Made by a program: the position numbers and the translations under genes | Source: Candidatus Nanohalarchaeota archaeon | GTDB lineage: Archaea > EX4484-52 > B79-G9 | Assembly: GCA_003660865.1 (NCBI GenBank) | Contig: QMVA01000002.1 | Coordinates: forward strand, 1 to 38,156 | DNA: 38,156 nt | Direction: 5' to 3' | The notes under the pieces: generated by a model | What the model saw: the letters and a program-made list of their open reading frames with translations, nothing else | Told to the model about the DNA's origin: nothing | Databases searched by the model: none | Shown: one piece after another, positions 15,862-25,023 of the stretch | Layout: every line of letters starts with the position of its first letter | Position numbering within the stretch: position 1 is the stretch's first letter

Positions 15862-18800
15862 TTAGTCTTTTACTTTTAGTTTTATCATTCCTGTGCCGAT
15901 GGGTGCGATGTTTCCTATTATTATGTTTTCTATTACGCTTTCGAGCGGGTCGATTTCTCCCGCGGAGGCAGCGATGGTGAGGTGTTTTACTGTCTCTTCG
16001 AAGTTTGCTCTTGAGAGTACTGATGATTTCTGGCCTGCGAGCCCGTATCTGCCGATGGCCTTGATTGTGCCGTCGTTTGTCATTGCGTCTGCAACGACCA
16101 GGAGGTGGCGTATGTCTGTGTCAACGCCCTGTTCGCGCATTGTGCTTAGTGCTTCTTTAATGATTGCGTTTCTTGCGGCTTCTATGCCAATGGTTTTTGA
16201 GACTTCGAATATGTTGTTTGATGTGGTTTTTGTCATGTTTATTCCAGGCATTTTCAGGACTTTTTTGAGGTTTGATCCGAGGGTTTTTATTGTCCATTCT
16301 TCGTTTTCGTATTCAACTATTGCCTGTTCTATGCCTTTGATGCCTTTTATGAAGAGGCTTCTTACGCGGACTCTTATGGATTGAAGGTCACTTATTGTGT
16401 AGTCTTGTTTTTTGTTTTCTGCAATTTCAATTATTATTATGTCCTTTTCGGATGAGATGTTTATATACTTTATGCCTTTTTTGATTACTGAGATGATGTT
16501 TTCTGTTGTGATGTCTAGGTTGTGGAGGATAGTTTTGTCGGGCAGGAGTTCGACTCTTAAGTTTATCAGGTCTATTGAGTCTTCTTTTAGTATGTGTTTT
16601 AGCTTGGTTTCTTTTATTTTCGCAGCTATTTTTCTTGCGTCTTCTTTGTTGTTGTGTTCTTTGTCGAGGTAGATTTCCATTGTGGGTGTTTTTGGTATTT
16701 TTCTTGCGTCGAATAGTTCAATGAGTCTTGGCAGACCTTTTGTTGTGACGAGCTGTGTACGGCCTTCGGAGTGGTATGCTCTTAAGGTGGTCTGTGTTGC
16801 CGGCTCTGAGATTGACTGGGCTGCTATTACGCCTATTGCTTCGCCTACTTCGTATTTGAGATTGAGGTATCTTTTTTTGAGCAGGTCTTTTTCTTTTTTT
16901 GTCAGGTCCATGTTTTCGTATATGCCTGGTAGTTCTTTGGTTGTTTGGCTGCCTGCCTGTTTTTTGTTAAGCCTGTTTTTTGTTGCTATTTCTTTGTTGA
17001 TGTAGCCGCCGTCGCTTTTTGCAGGGTCTATGCCGTCTTCGCCGGGGATGAGTTGAATTATTGTGCCTGAACTGTCACGGACGCGGTAATCTTTGCCTAT
17101 TTTTATGTCCTGAAGGGCGCTTACGAGGCGGCGCTGCATGTAGCCGCTGACGCGTGTTTTTAGTGAAGAGTCCATTATGCCTTCACGGCCTTTCATGACT
17201 TCAAAGAAGAATTCTATCGGGTCTATTCCTTTTTGGAAGGAGGATCTTACGAAGCCGTGTGATGCCGGGCTGAGGTCGCCTTTTTTGAAGTGTGAGAGTG
17301 TTCTTCCTGTGTAGCCGCGGAAGATTCTTCTGCCGCGGATTGTTTCCTGGCCTACCAGTCCTGACATGTATGCGAGGTTCTGGATGCTGCCGCGGGCGCC
17401 TGTTCGTGCCATGATGATTGCTGTGTTTGTTTCATCTACGTTTTTGTCGATTATTTGCTGCGTATTGTTTGTGATTTTCCAAAGTTCAATCATGATTAGG
17501 TCTTCGAGGGTTTCTTCCTGGCTTCTTCCAGGGGATACTTCTATTTTTCTTTTTTTGTATGTTTCTATTAGTTTGTCAATTTCTACTAGTTGTTCGTCGA
17601 TTCCCTTGTGTATGTTGTCTTGGGTTTTTTTGTCTGTGTCGAGATTGTCGAGGGATATGCTGAACCCAAATTTCATCATTGTGTGGGTTATGATTTTTGT
17701 TATATGGTCTATGAATATTCTTGCTTCTGTGTGTCCTTTTTCCATGTCGATGATGTCGATTAATTTTCCTTTGAAGGCTGCGATGCCGTTGCTGTCGATG
17801 ACGCCTTTTTTGAGTTCGCCGTTTTCTATGATTACGTATGCGTCGTTTTCACATTGTGCTTTTTTGCATATTTCACAGTTGCGGCATGTGTTGGCTTTGT
17901 ATTCCAGATTTATGCCTTTGGGTATGGCGAAGCTGAATAGCTCTTTGCCTGTGTATGTGTCTTTTTTGAGGTCTGCGGTTATGTCTGAGTTGGAGATCAT
18001 TTGTGCTGTTTCCTGTTTTGTGAATTCTGTACCGGTTCTTGTTAGGAGGTATGCGCCGGAGATGTAGTCCTGGTCGCAGCCCATGATGGGTCCTCCGAAG
18101 CGCGGGGATTTGATGTTCTGTTCGACTAGCATGAGTTGTTCTGCTTCTGATCTTGCTTCTGCGGTCTGGGGGACGTGGAGGTTCATTTCGTCGCCGTCGA
18201 AGTCTGCGTTGTAGGGTTTGCATACGCAGAGGTTTAGCCTGAATGTCTTGTGGGACATTATTTTTGCGTAGTGTGCCATTACGGACATGCGGTGGAGTGA
18301 AGGCTGCCTGTTGAATAGGACGATATCGTCGTCTATTAGGTGCCTTTCTACAATGAATCCTGCTGTGAGTTCTTCAAGAATTGATTCTTTGTTTTCGTTG
18401 ATGACTCTTTTTCGGATGCCGTCAGGGCGTGTTATGTAGTTTGCACCAGGGTGTATGTCAGGACCGTTTTGGATGTATGTTTTTATTTCATTTATGTTTT
18501 GTTTTGTGACTTTGATTGGTATTGTGAGTTCTTTTGCGATTATTTCCGGGATGCCTACGTCGTTTAGGCTGATGTTGGGGTCAGGGGATATTACTGTTCT
18601 TGCACAGTAGTTTACGCGTTTGCCTGTGAGGTTGTGGCGGAATCTGCCGTCTTTGCTTTTGAGCCTTTGCGCTAAGGTCTTCAGGCTGCGGCCTGATCTG
18701 TGTCTTGCAGGGGGTATGCTTGATATTTCATTGTTGAAGTATGTGCTTACATGATATTGCAGGAGTTCCCATAGGTCTTCTATTATGAAGTCAGGGGCGC

Positions 18801-19491
18801 CTATTTCAAGGTTGTCTGCAAGGCGGTGGTTGATGCGGATTATGTCGACCAGTTTGTGGGTCAGGTCGTCTTCTGAGCGGTCGCCGCTCTCTAGTGTTAT
18901 CGATGGTCGTGCTGTTACGGGGGGAACGAGCATTAGTGTCAGGATGTACCATTCGGGTCTCCCGCCTTTTATACCGATTAGTCCTGCTGTTTCGTCTGAG
19001 ATTTTTTCGAACTGCTCTCTTATTTCTACAGGGGTTAGTGAATGTTTATCTCTTACGAATGTGGATGGCTTGTCGAGTTTGATTTTGCCTTGCTTTTCAC
19101 CACAGTCCGGGCATATTGTTGCGATTTTGAGTTTTTTTATGGATATGCCTTCTTGTAGTTTTGTTTTGTCTACAAGGAGGGCGCCGCATTTATGGCATGT
19201 GTGGGTTAGAAGGAGCCGGATTTGTGGCAGGTAGAGTATGTTTATTATGGGGCGTGCAAGTTCAATGTGACCGAAGTGACCTGTGCATTCGCCGATTCTG
19301 CCGCCGCAGGTCGCGCAGCGCATGCCTGGGTCGATTATGCCTAGTCGCGGGTCCATTACGCCACCGTCGATAGGGTATGCGTCGGCACCGTAGACTTCGG
19401 ATGTGACGACGGGCATGACTGAGAGTTTTCTGATTATCTCGGGGGATATCATTTTGAATTTTATCTCTTTTATTTTTGTCATTTGTTGCAC
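15862..19491 (-). CDS. rpo1: RNA polymerase largest subunit, A' and A'' fused (Rpo1)
   Basis: Zn clamp C..C..C.GHFGH, NRQPSLH and YNADFDGDEMN; continues in frame into GEAIGVIAAQSI, GLPRLIE and ENIIIG..APIGTG of A''. Confidence 0.97.
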   Translation of the reverse strand: MQQMTKIKEIKFKMISPEIIRKLSVMPVVTSEVYGADAYPIDGGVMDPRLGIIDPGMRCATCGGRIGECTGHFGHIELARPIINILYLPQIRLLLTHTCHKCGALLVDKTKLQEGISIKKLKIATICPDCGEKQGKIKLDKPSTFVRDKHSLTPVEIREQFEKISDETAGLIGIKGGRPEWYILTLMLVPPVTARPSITLESGDRSEDDLTHKLVDIIRINHRLADNLEIGAPDFIIEDLWELLQYHVSTYFNNEISSIPPARHRSGRSLKTLAQRLKSKDGRFRHNLTGKRVNYCARTVISPDPNISLNDVGIPEIIAKELTIPIKVTKQNINEIKTYIQNGPDIHPGANYITRPDGIRKRVINENKESILEELTAGFIVERHLIDDDIVLFNRQPSLHRMSVMAHYAKIMSHKTFRLNLCVCKPYNADFDGDEMNLHVPQTAEARSEAEQLMLVEQNIKSPRFGGPIMGCDQDYISGAYLLTRTGTEFTKQETAQMISNSDITADLKKDTYTGKELFSFAIPKGINLEYKANTCRNCEICKKAQCENDAYVIIENGELKKGVIDSNGIAAFKGKLIDIIDMEKGHTEARIFIDHITKIITHTMMKFGFSISLDNLDTDKKTQDNIHKGIDEQLVEIDKLIETYKKRKIEVSPGRSQEETLEDLIMIELWKITNNTQQIIDKNVDETNTAIIMARTGARGSIQNLAYMSGLVGQETIRGRRIFRGYTGRTLSHFKKGDLSPASHGFVRSSFQKGIDPIEFFFEVMKGREGIMDSSLKTRVSGYMQRRLVSALQDIKIGKDYRVRDSSGTIIQLIPGEDGIDPAKSDGGYINKEIATKNRLNKKQAGSQTTKELPGIYENMDLTKKEKDLLKKRYLNLKYEVGEAIGVIAAQSISEPATQTTLRAYHSEGRTQLVTTKGLPRLIELFDARKIPKTPTMEIYLDKEHNNKEDARKIAAKIKETKLKHILKEDSIDLINLRVELLPDKTILHNLDITTENIISVIKKGIKYINISSEKDIIIIEIAENKKQDYTISDLQSIRVRVRSLFIKGIKGIEQAIVEYENEEWTIKTLGSNLKKVLKMPGINMTKTTSNNIFEVSKTIGIEAARNAIIKEALSTMREQGVDTDIRHLLVVADAMTNDGTIKAIGRYGLAGQKSSVLSRANFEETVKHLTIAASAGEIDPLESVIENIIIGNIAPIGTGMIKLKVKD

Positions 19492-19496
19492 CTAGG

Positions 19497-21287
19497 TTAG
19501 TCTTCTGTGACTATTTGGGGGTATATCAGCATGCTGCGCAGTTCGTCGAGTAGTAGTTTGAATGCGTAGGACATTTCAACATTTTCTATTTTTGTGCCTT
19601 TGCAGAGCGGACAGTATATTTTGTTTTTGATCCTGTCGTGTATTGCGGTTATGCCGCATTCTTTGCAGATTGGGATTTGTGTTTTGTCTGATGAGAATCT
19701 TTCTTTGAGGACTACTGCTGCGCCGTGGGCTATGAGGCAGTCTTTCTCCATTTCGCCGAATCTCAGACCGCCTTCTTTTGAACGGCCTTCTGTTGGCTGT
19801 TTTGTCAGCAGTGCTATGGGACCGCGTGAGCGCGCATGTATCTTATGGGATACCATGTGGTAGAGGCGCATGTAGTAGCCTATTCCAATGAGTATTGGCG
19901 CTTCAATGATTTCCCCGGTTACGCCGTTGTATAGCCTTTCTTTTCCGTCGTCACGGTATCCGAGTTTTCTTAGTTGGGTTCTGATTTCATCTACGTTTCC
20001 TTTGAATGCTGTGCCGTCTTGTTCTTTTCCTTCGAGGCTGCCTTTTTTGCCTGCTATGATTTCCAGAAGCTGACCAACTGTCATTCTTGATGGGATTGCA
20101 TGAGGATTGATTATTATGTCGGGCGTTATGCCGTTTTTGGTGAAGGGCATATTTTCTTCTGGTACAACTAGACCGATTACGCCTTTTTGACCGTGGCGGG
20201 ATGCGAATTTGTCGCCAACTTCAGGGATTTTCTGTTCTCTTACTGATACTTTTATCAGTGTGTTGCCGTCTTTTGTGCTTGCGAGTATTACTTTTTCTAC
20301 TGTGAAGTCTTTTCCTTTTGTTGCTGTCAGTGAGTTTTCCCTGCGGTCTTTTATGCCCATCCTTATTTCTTTCTGGATGCCGAGGAAACGCAACGGGGAT
20401 GTTTTTCCGACTAGTATGTTGTTTTCTTTTAGGCTTGTTTCAGGTGAGACTATTCCTTCTTCGCCGAGCATGGAGTATTCTTCTTCTGATTTGTAGCCGC
20501 GCACTTCGGGGTCGGGGATGCCTATTTCATCTTCCTGACCGCCCCAGTATCTTCTTGCTTCTGTGAGGTGTGTGCGGATGAACAGTGATCTGCCAAGGCC
20601 GCGTTCAAGTGAGCTTTTGTTTATTACTATGGAATCTTCGATGTTGTAGCTGTAGTATGGCATTACCGCAATTATGAGGTTCTGGCCGGTTGGATGGGTC
20701 GAGAGGCCGGTTGCGTCTGTTGTCTGTGATTGGACTATTGGCCTTTGAGCGTTTAGCAGGAGGTGGGCTGTTGTGTCGTCCCTTAGCAGATAGTTGTGGA
20801 GGTAGATACCTGTTGATTGGACTATCATTCGTGAACCATAGTTCAGACGGTCTCCACGGTCTTTTTCAGGATATGCTAACAGTGATGCGGCAATGCCGAG
20901 TATGAGTATCGGGTCGATTTCGAGGTGTGTGTGGTCTTTTGTGAGTGTCTCTTTCGTGGTTGCGATGTATGCGTTTTCTTCTTCTTCTGCATCAATAAAT
21001 TCTATTATGTTCTGGTCTATTAAGTCTTTCCATGTGAGTTTATTGTTCTGAATGTTTTTGAGCATCTCGTCTGTGAGCATGGGTTTTCCGTTTTCGACGG
21101 CGATCAGGGGGCGTCTTACGCGGCCGCCGTTAAGGTTTAGTTGTATTTCGTCTTTTTCTTTGTGGTGTGCGATGTTTAGTTGTGGAGATAGTATGTTTTT
21201 TCTTCTTTTTTCTTTTAGGGATAGGACTAGCTTTTCGGCGTTGTCGCAGTTTCCTGTGTATATTCCGTCAATATAAATTTCTGTCAT
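19497..21287 (-). CDS. rpo2C: RNA polymerase subunit B' (Rpo2C)
   Basis: GDKFASRHGQKG, NPHAIPSRMT, QPTEGRSKEGGLRFGEME and a C-terminal Zn ribbon; start set at MTEIY. Confidence 0.97.
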   Translation of the reverse strand: MTEIYIDGIYTGNCDNAEKLVLSLKEKRRKNILSPQLNIAHHKEKDEIQLNLNGGRVRRPLIAVENGKPMLTDEMLKNIQNNKLTWKDLIDQNIIEFIDAEEEENAYIATTKETLTKDHTHLEIDPILILGIAASLLAYPEKDRGDRLNYGSRMIVQSTGIYLHNYLLRDDTTAHLLLNAQRPIVQSQTTDATGLSTHPTGQNLIIAVMPYYSYNIEDSIVINKSSLERGLGRSLFIRTHLTEARRYWGGQEDEIGIPDPEVRGYKSEEEYSMLGEEGIVSPETSLKENNILVGKTSPLRFLGIQKEIRMGIKDRRENSLTATKGKDFTVEKVILASTKDGNTLIKVSVREQKIPEVGDKFASRHGQKGVIGLVVPEENMPFTKNGITPDIIINPHAIPSRMTVGQLLEIIAGKKGSLEGKEQDGTAFKGNVDEIRTQLRKLGYRDDGKERLYNGVTGEIIEAPILIGIGYYMRLYHMVSHKIHARSRGPIALLTKQPTEGRSKEGGLRFGEMEKDCLIAHGAAVVLKERFSSDKTQIPICKECGITAIHDRIKNKIYCPLCKGTKIENVEMSYAFKLLLDELRSMLIYPQIVTED

Positions 21288-22806
21288 GCTGTTCAACTTT
21301 TGATTGTTTGTTTTCCTGTTCGATTTCTACTCCGAGGCTTTTCAGGGTGCTTAATACTTTTGTTTTGTCTGCTTCGTTTGAGGGTATTGTGACCTGTGCG
21401 CCCAGTGCGAGGAAGTTTCTCAGGCCGATGCTTTGGCCTTCCGGGGTTCTTACGGCACATAGGCGACCCCATTGGGTTGCATGGAGTTCTCTTGCTTCAA
21501 AGTGTTCCTGAGTGGATGATAGTGGGGATACTACGCTTCTCAAATGGCTTATGGTTCTTACGAAGTTTGAGCGTTCGAGGCGCTGACATACGCCGGTTTT
21601 GCCGCCGACCCAGTTGCCTGTTGCCATTGCTCTCATGATTTGTTTTGTGAGGACGTCTGAGACTACTACGCTTTGGAGTTTTAGTAGTTTTCTGCCGCGC
21701 TTCATCATTTTCTGGTAGTTGTATTGAAGGCGTGCAATCAGGCCCCAACGACCCATGATGATTGATCTGAAGAGTATTTCGAGGAGGTCTCCCGGCATTT
21801 TGAGCCTCTTGTTTGAGTAGTGGTCTATGTCGTCTTCTTTGATTTTGCCTTTGTGGAGAAGGATTAGTTTGCGTATGACCAGACCAAGGAATTTTGCTTT
21901 TTTTATTGAGTCTTTTGGCTCGTTTCCGAGGTGTGCTAGCAGGTAATTGTTTAGTAGTTGGGTGGCACGTTCTTCTCGTTGCTCTTTCATGCGTACTTTC
22001 ATTTTTTTGCCGATGTAGTCGAGGGCTTCTTCCCTGTTTGCAATCTGTGTGTCGTAGATGTTGATGTATACGTCTTCTATGTCTTCTTCTTCTGTGCCGA
22101 TGGCTTCTATGACTTCTTTGTCTGTTTCGAGGCCGAGGGCTTTCATTAGTACGATTATGGGTATTGGTGTTTTTACGAGGTTTGCGAATTTTGCTGTTAT
22201 GATGCCTTCCGGGCATCGCTCGAATACGTGGCGCTGGATATAGCCGCTTTTTTCGCAGTTTATTCTTGCTGTGATTTCGTCTGCTTTTTTCTGGAGTATT
22301 AGTTTGTTTGGTGCTATTTCTTCTGATAATACGATTACTCTTTCTGTGCCGTTTACTATGAAGTAGCCGCCGGGGTCGTATGGGTCTTCACCGGCTTTTA
22401 TTAGTTCGGTTCTTGTCATTTTAGAGAGTGGGCAGAGGCAGGATTTTACCATGATTGGTATTTCGCCGATTTCTACTGTTTCTGTGTCGTGTTCTCTTTC
22501 TTCGAATACTGGGGTCATTTCTACGAATATAGGGGTTGAGTATGTGAGGTTTCTTAGGCGTGTCTCGGAGGGATATATTGCTCTTACGGAGCCGTCTGCT
22601 TCGTTTATTTGCGCTCTCTCGATGCTTACTTTCCCGAGTTTGATTGTGAGTTCTTCGCCGGTGGGAAGTTCGATTGTTATTTTAGCTATTTCATCTACTG
22701 TTTTCTGGAGGCGTCTTTCGACGAAGTCGTTGTATGAATCGATTTGGTGGGCTATGAATCCTTTGTTTTTCGAGTATTCGTTGAGGTAGCTTTTTGCGAT
22801 GTCCAT
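21268..22806 (-). CDS. rpo2N: RNA polymerase subunit B'' (Rpo2N)
   Basis: HQIDSYNDF, DPGGYFIVNGTERV, DDIDHYSNKRL and ARELHATQWGRLC..TPEG motifs. Confidence 0.97.
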   Translation of the reverse strand: MDIAKSYLNEYSKNKGFIAHQIDSYNDFVERRLQKTVDEIAKITIELPTGEELTIKLGKVSIERAQINEADGSVRAIYPSETRLRNLTYSTPIFVEMTPVFEEREHDTETVEIGEIPIMVKSCLCPLSKMTRTELIKAGEDPYDPGGYFIVNGTERVIVLSEEIAPNKLILQKKADEITARINCEKSGYIQRHVFERCPEGIITAKFANLVKTPIPIIVLMKALGLETDKEVIEAIGTEEEDIEDVYINIYDTQIANREEALDYIGKKMKVRMKEQREERATQLLNNYLLAHLGNEPKDSIKKAKFLGLVIRKLILLHKGKIKEDDIDHYSNKRLKMPGDLLEILFRSIIMGRWGLIARLQYNYQKMMKRGRKLLKLQSVVVSDVLTKQIMRAMATGNWVGGKTGVCQRLERSNFVRTISHLRSVVSPLSSTQEHFEARELHATQWGRLCAVRTPEGQSIGLRNFLALGAQVTIPSNEADKTKVLSTLKSLGVEIEQENKQSKVEQHDRNLY

Positions 22807-22818
22807 GGTTAACACGTT

Positions 22819-23058
22819 TTATTCCGGGATTACGATCCGATAGTATTTTGTTTTTCCTGCGGTGGGGCTGTCTCTGGTTATTTCGATGATGTCGCCTGTT
22901 TTTGCGCCTATTATTTCGGCGATCGGGTCTGTGTCGAGTATTTTTGGGAGTTGGTCGGCTGTTATGTCAAGTTCTTTTAGAATTTTTTGTGATTCGCTTT
23001 TCATGAGGATTTTGTGTTCTGGAACTAGTTCATGTGTAAATATGTCTTTTTCGCTCAT
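22819..23058 (-). CDS. rpo5: RNA polymerase subunit H (Rpo5)
   Basis: HELVPEHKIL, LPKI..TDP and RDSPTAG.TKYYRIV motifs. Confidence 0.96.
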   Translation of the reverse strand: MSEKDIFTHELVPEHKILMKSESQKILKELDITADQLPKILDTDPIAEIIGAKTGDIIEITRDSPTAGKTKYYRIVIPE

Positions 23059-23081
23059 GTTGTTTTTCACCAAAGGTTTTG

Positions 23082-23240
23082 TGGTGGGCCCGACGGGAAT
23101 TTCACGGACGTTTTATGTTCGTTTTGAACCCGCGACACCCGGGTATCTTCTACAGATTCCGGTGCATTAACCGTCTGGTTAAAAGCTTCACCCTCGTCGA
23201 TTAAGAGCCCGGTGCTCTAGCCAGACTGAGCTACGGGCCC
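23082..23240 (-). tRNA. tRNA-Lys(UUU) with three introns (30/31, 37/38, 59/60) and encoded CCA; alternative reading Lys(CUU)
   Basis: Acceptor GGGCCCG/CGGGCCC, D-stem GCTC/GAGC, anticodon stem CCGGG/CCCGG, T-stem GCGGG/CCCGT; introns at 23187-23208, 23145-23179 and 23099-23122, each bounded by a BHB or relaxed BHB. Confidence 0.88.
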
Positions 23241-23515
23241 ACTCTGTGTGTATTATGTGTTTGGAATTGGAAGTACTCTATTTAAGTGATAATATTATAA
23301 ATGTATCTGTAGGTGAGAGGTTTGTTTTTGTTGTTAGAATTTTTGAGATGTTTGGCGTGTACATAGTTATTACTCTGATAGGTTATATGATGCCGGTTTT
23401 CCCGGGTGAATGGTGAATAGAGAATATTTGTGAATTCCCCTGTGATGTTCATTAATGGTTCTATTTTGGTTATGTTTACGAATATAGTTTTTAGTGTGGT
23501 TAAGTTTATAAATGT

Positions 23516-23547
23516 ATTGATTGATTGATTGATTGATTGGGGGGGGG
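23516..23547. repeat. (ATTG)6 microsatellite running into a G9 tract
   Basis: attg x6 at 23516-23539, G run 23539-23547, abutting the MITE. Confidence 0.85.
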
Positions 23548-23548
23548 T

Positions 23549-23663
23549 GGTGCTGTTGTATAACTATTGGGATTATATGTACTGTTGCTGTTTTTAAGAA
23601 TATGACCAAAAATCGCTAAACGACATCAGAAAACCCTTCGGTCTTGACTTGTACAACAGCACC
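23549..23663. mobile_element. 115-bp MITE with IS6-like ends
   Basis: Perfect 12-bp TIR GGTGCTGTTGTA / TACAACAGCACC (14 of 15 when extended); flanks gggggggt / ggggtggt (7 of 8 match, or a perfect 5-bp GGGGT). Confidence 0.8.
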
Positions 23664-23688
23664 GGGGTGGTTGGGATTTGATTGTCGA

Positions 23689-23961
23689 TTAGATCATTTT
23701 TGTGTAGATTACTTTGCCTGTGTAGTGTGTGCCTTCGTCGAGGACTATGATGTCGTATCTTGGGCAGTCAAACATGTCTTTGACGGCAGAAAATGATGGC
23801 GCTGCGATGATGTTTGCTATAGCTGTGTGGTCCTGAAATAGGTCGGCGTTGTAACCTTTTGGGCCGTCGCGTTGGTTGTATGTTGTCATCATTCTTTTGA
23901 TGTCTGTGCAGTTGAATGTTGTGTCTGGGTTGTATTCTATTGCGCTCATGTATGTCGTCAT
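23689..23961 (-). CDS. Hypothetical protein (90 aa)
   Basis: ATG with GGTGA SD; codon usage like neighbouring minus-strand genes. Confidence 0.65.
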   Translation of the reverse strand: MTTYMSAIEYNPDTTFNCTDIKRMMTTYNQRDGPKGYNADLFQDHTAIANIIAAPSFSAVKDMFDCPRYDIIVLDEGTHYTGKVIYTKMI

Positions 23962-24085
23962 TTTATCACCGAAGAGTTGTATTTTTTGAGTTGTTGATGA
24001 TGTGTGTTTCGTGCGTAGTATTAAATTTGTTTTGGTGCGAGAAAGAATGAGGGTTATGGTCTGATTGTGCGTATTTTGTATGCTG

Positions 24086-24880
24086 TTAAACTGCTTTTGA
24101 GATTATTTTTATGTCTTCTTTGAATGATGTCTGTTTTGGGGGTTCGTTGTCGTCTTCGTTGTCTTCTTCGCGGTTGTACGATGGTTCTTTGTTTTTGTGC
24201 TGCCCTAGTTTTTTGTAGATTATTTCGCTGATTGAGGTGAATTTGTTTTTGTCTATCAGGTATATTAGTATTGATGTTATGAGGATGCTTGAGAATATGT
24301 CCCCGACTACGATGTTTGTGAATGCGGGGTCTGTATGTATTACTGCGAGCATGACTGTGGGGGTGAGGCCTTTTGCGCACATGGCTTCGAGGAAGTGCTC
24401 GTCTTTTTCTTCAAGGTCGTGGTTTATTAGTATTCTTACTACGAGGGCTCTTAATATGTATGCGATGAGGAAGAAGCCCAGACCGTACATTAGGTATTTC
24501 CACTGGCTGAAGTCTATGAGGATGTCGATGAGGTAGTGTGATGCTGTCCCGATGAGGAGGGTTATCAGTATGAAGTTGAAGAGTGATGATGCGAATGAGT
24601 ATTTCATTGTGGAGAAGAGGGCTTTTAGTTTTATGGGGAGTGCGTCGTAGAATTCTACGTATATCTGGCTGAAGGTTATTAGGAATGTTATTTGTTCTGT
24701 GTTTTGTGTGAGGTATTCTGTGATGCCGAGGTCTTTTGCAGTGCTGAGATATGATATTATGGCTCCTGCTGAGATTAGTACGAGTACGTCGGGGATTTTG
24801 GTTTTTCTGAAGTTGTACTGGGCGAGGATGCCTAGTTTATTACGCTGCCTATCATGAATAGGCTTGTTGTTGTGTCCAGT
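24086..24880 (-). pseudogene. Degraded cation:proton antiporter (CPA1/NhaP-like)
   Basis: FRKTKIPDVLVLI..G and AMCAKGLTPTV resemble the CPA1 N- and C-terminal motifs; 1-nt frameshift near 24836 in TM1; much shorter than a full CPA1 membrane domain. Confidence 0.7.
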
Positions 24881-25023
24881 TTGTTTCACTTTTGTGTTTT
24901 GTGTTTGTTTTGTATGGTGTGGTTATCATTGTTGTTATCTAAATATGGCTGAGGGGGTTATTATAATTTTTTGTTGGTTGGGTGGTGGTGGGTGGTGTTT
25001 GGAGAAAGGGGTGGTAGTATGAA

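Noticed and set aside
2243..22789. Many plus-strand ORFs of 60-230 aa antisense to core genes
   Set aside because: Shadow frames of clearly identified minus-strand genes; the T/G-rich strand is depleted of stop codons and the products have no motifs
23370..23609. 79-aa ORF upstream of tRNA-Lys
   Set aside because: Starts inside the MITE and runs through the microsatellite and G-tract; no coding signal
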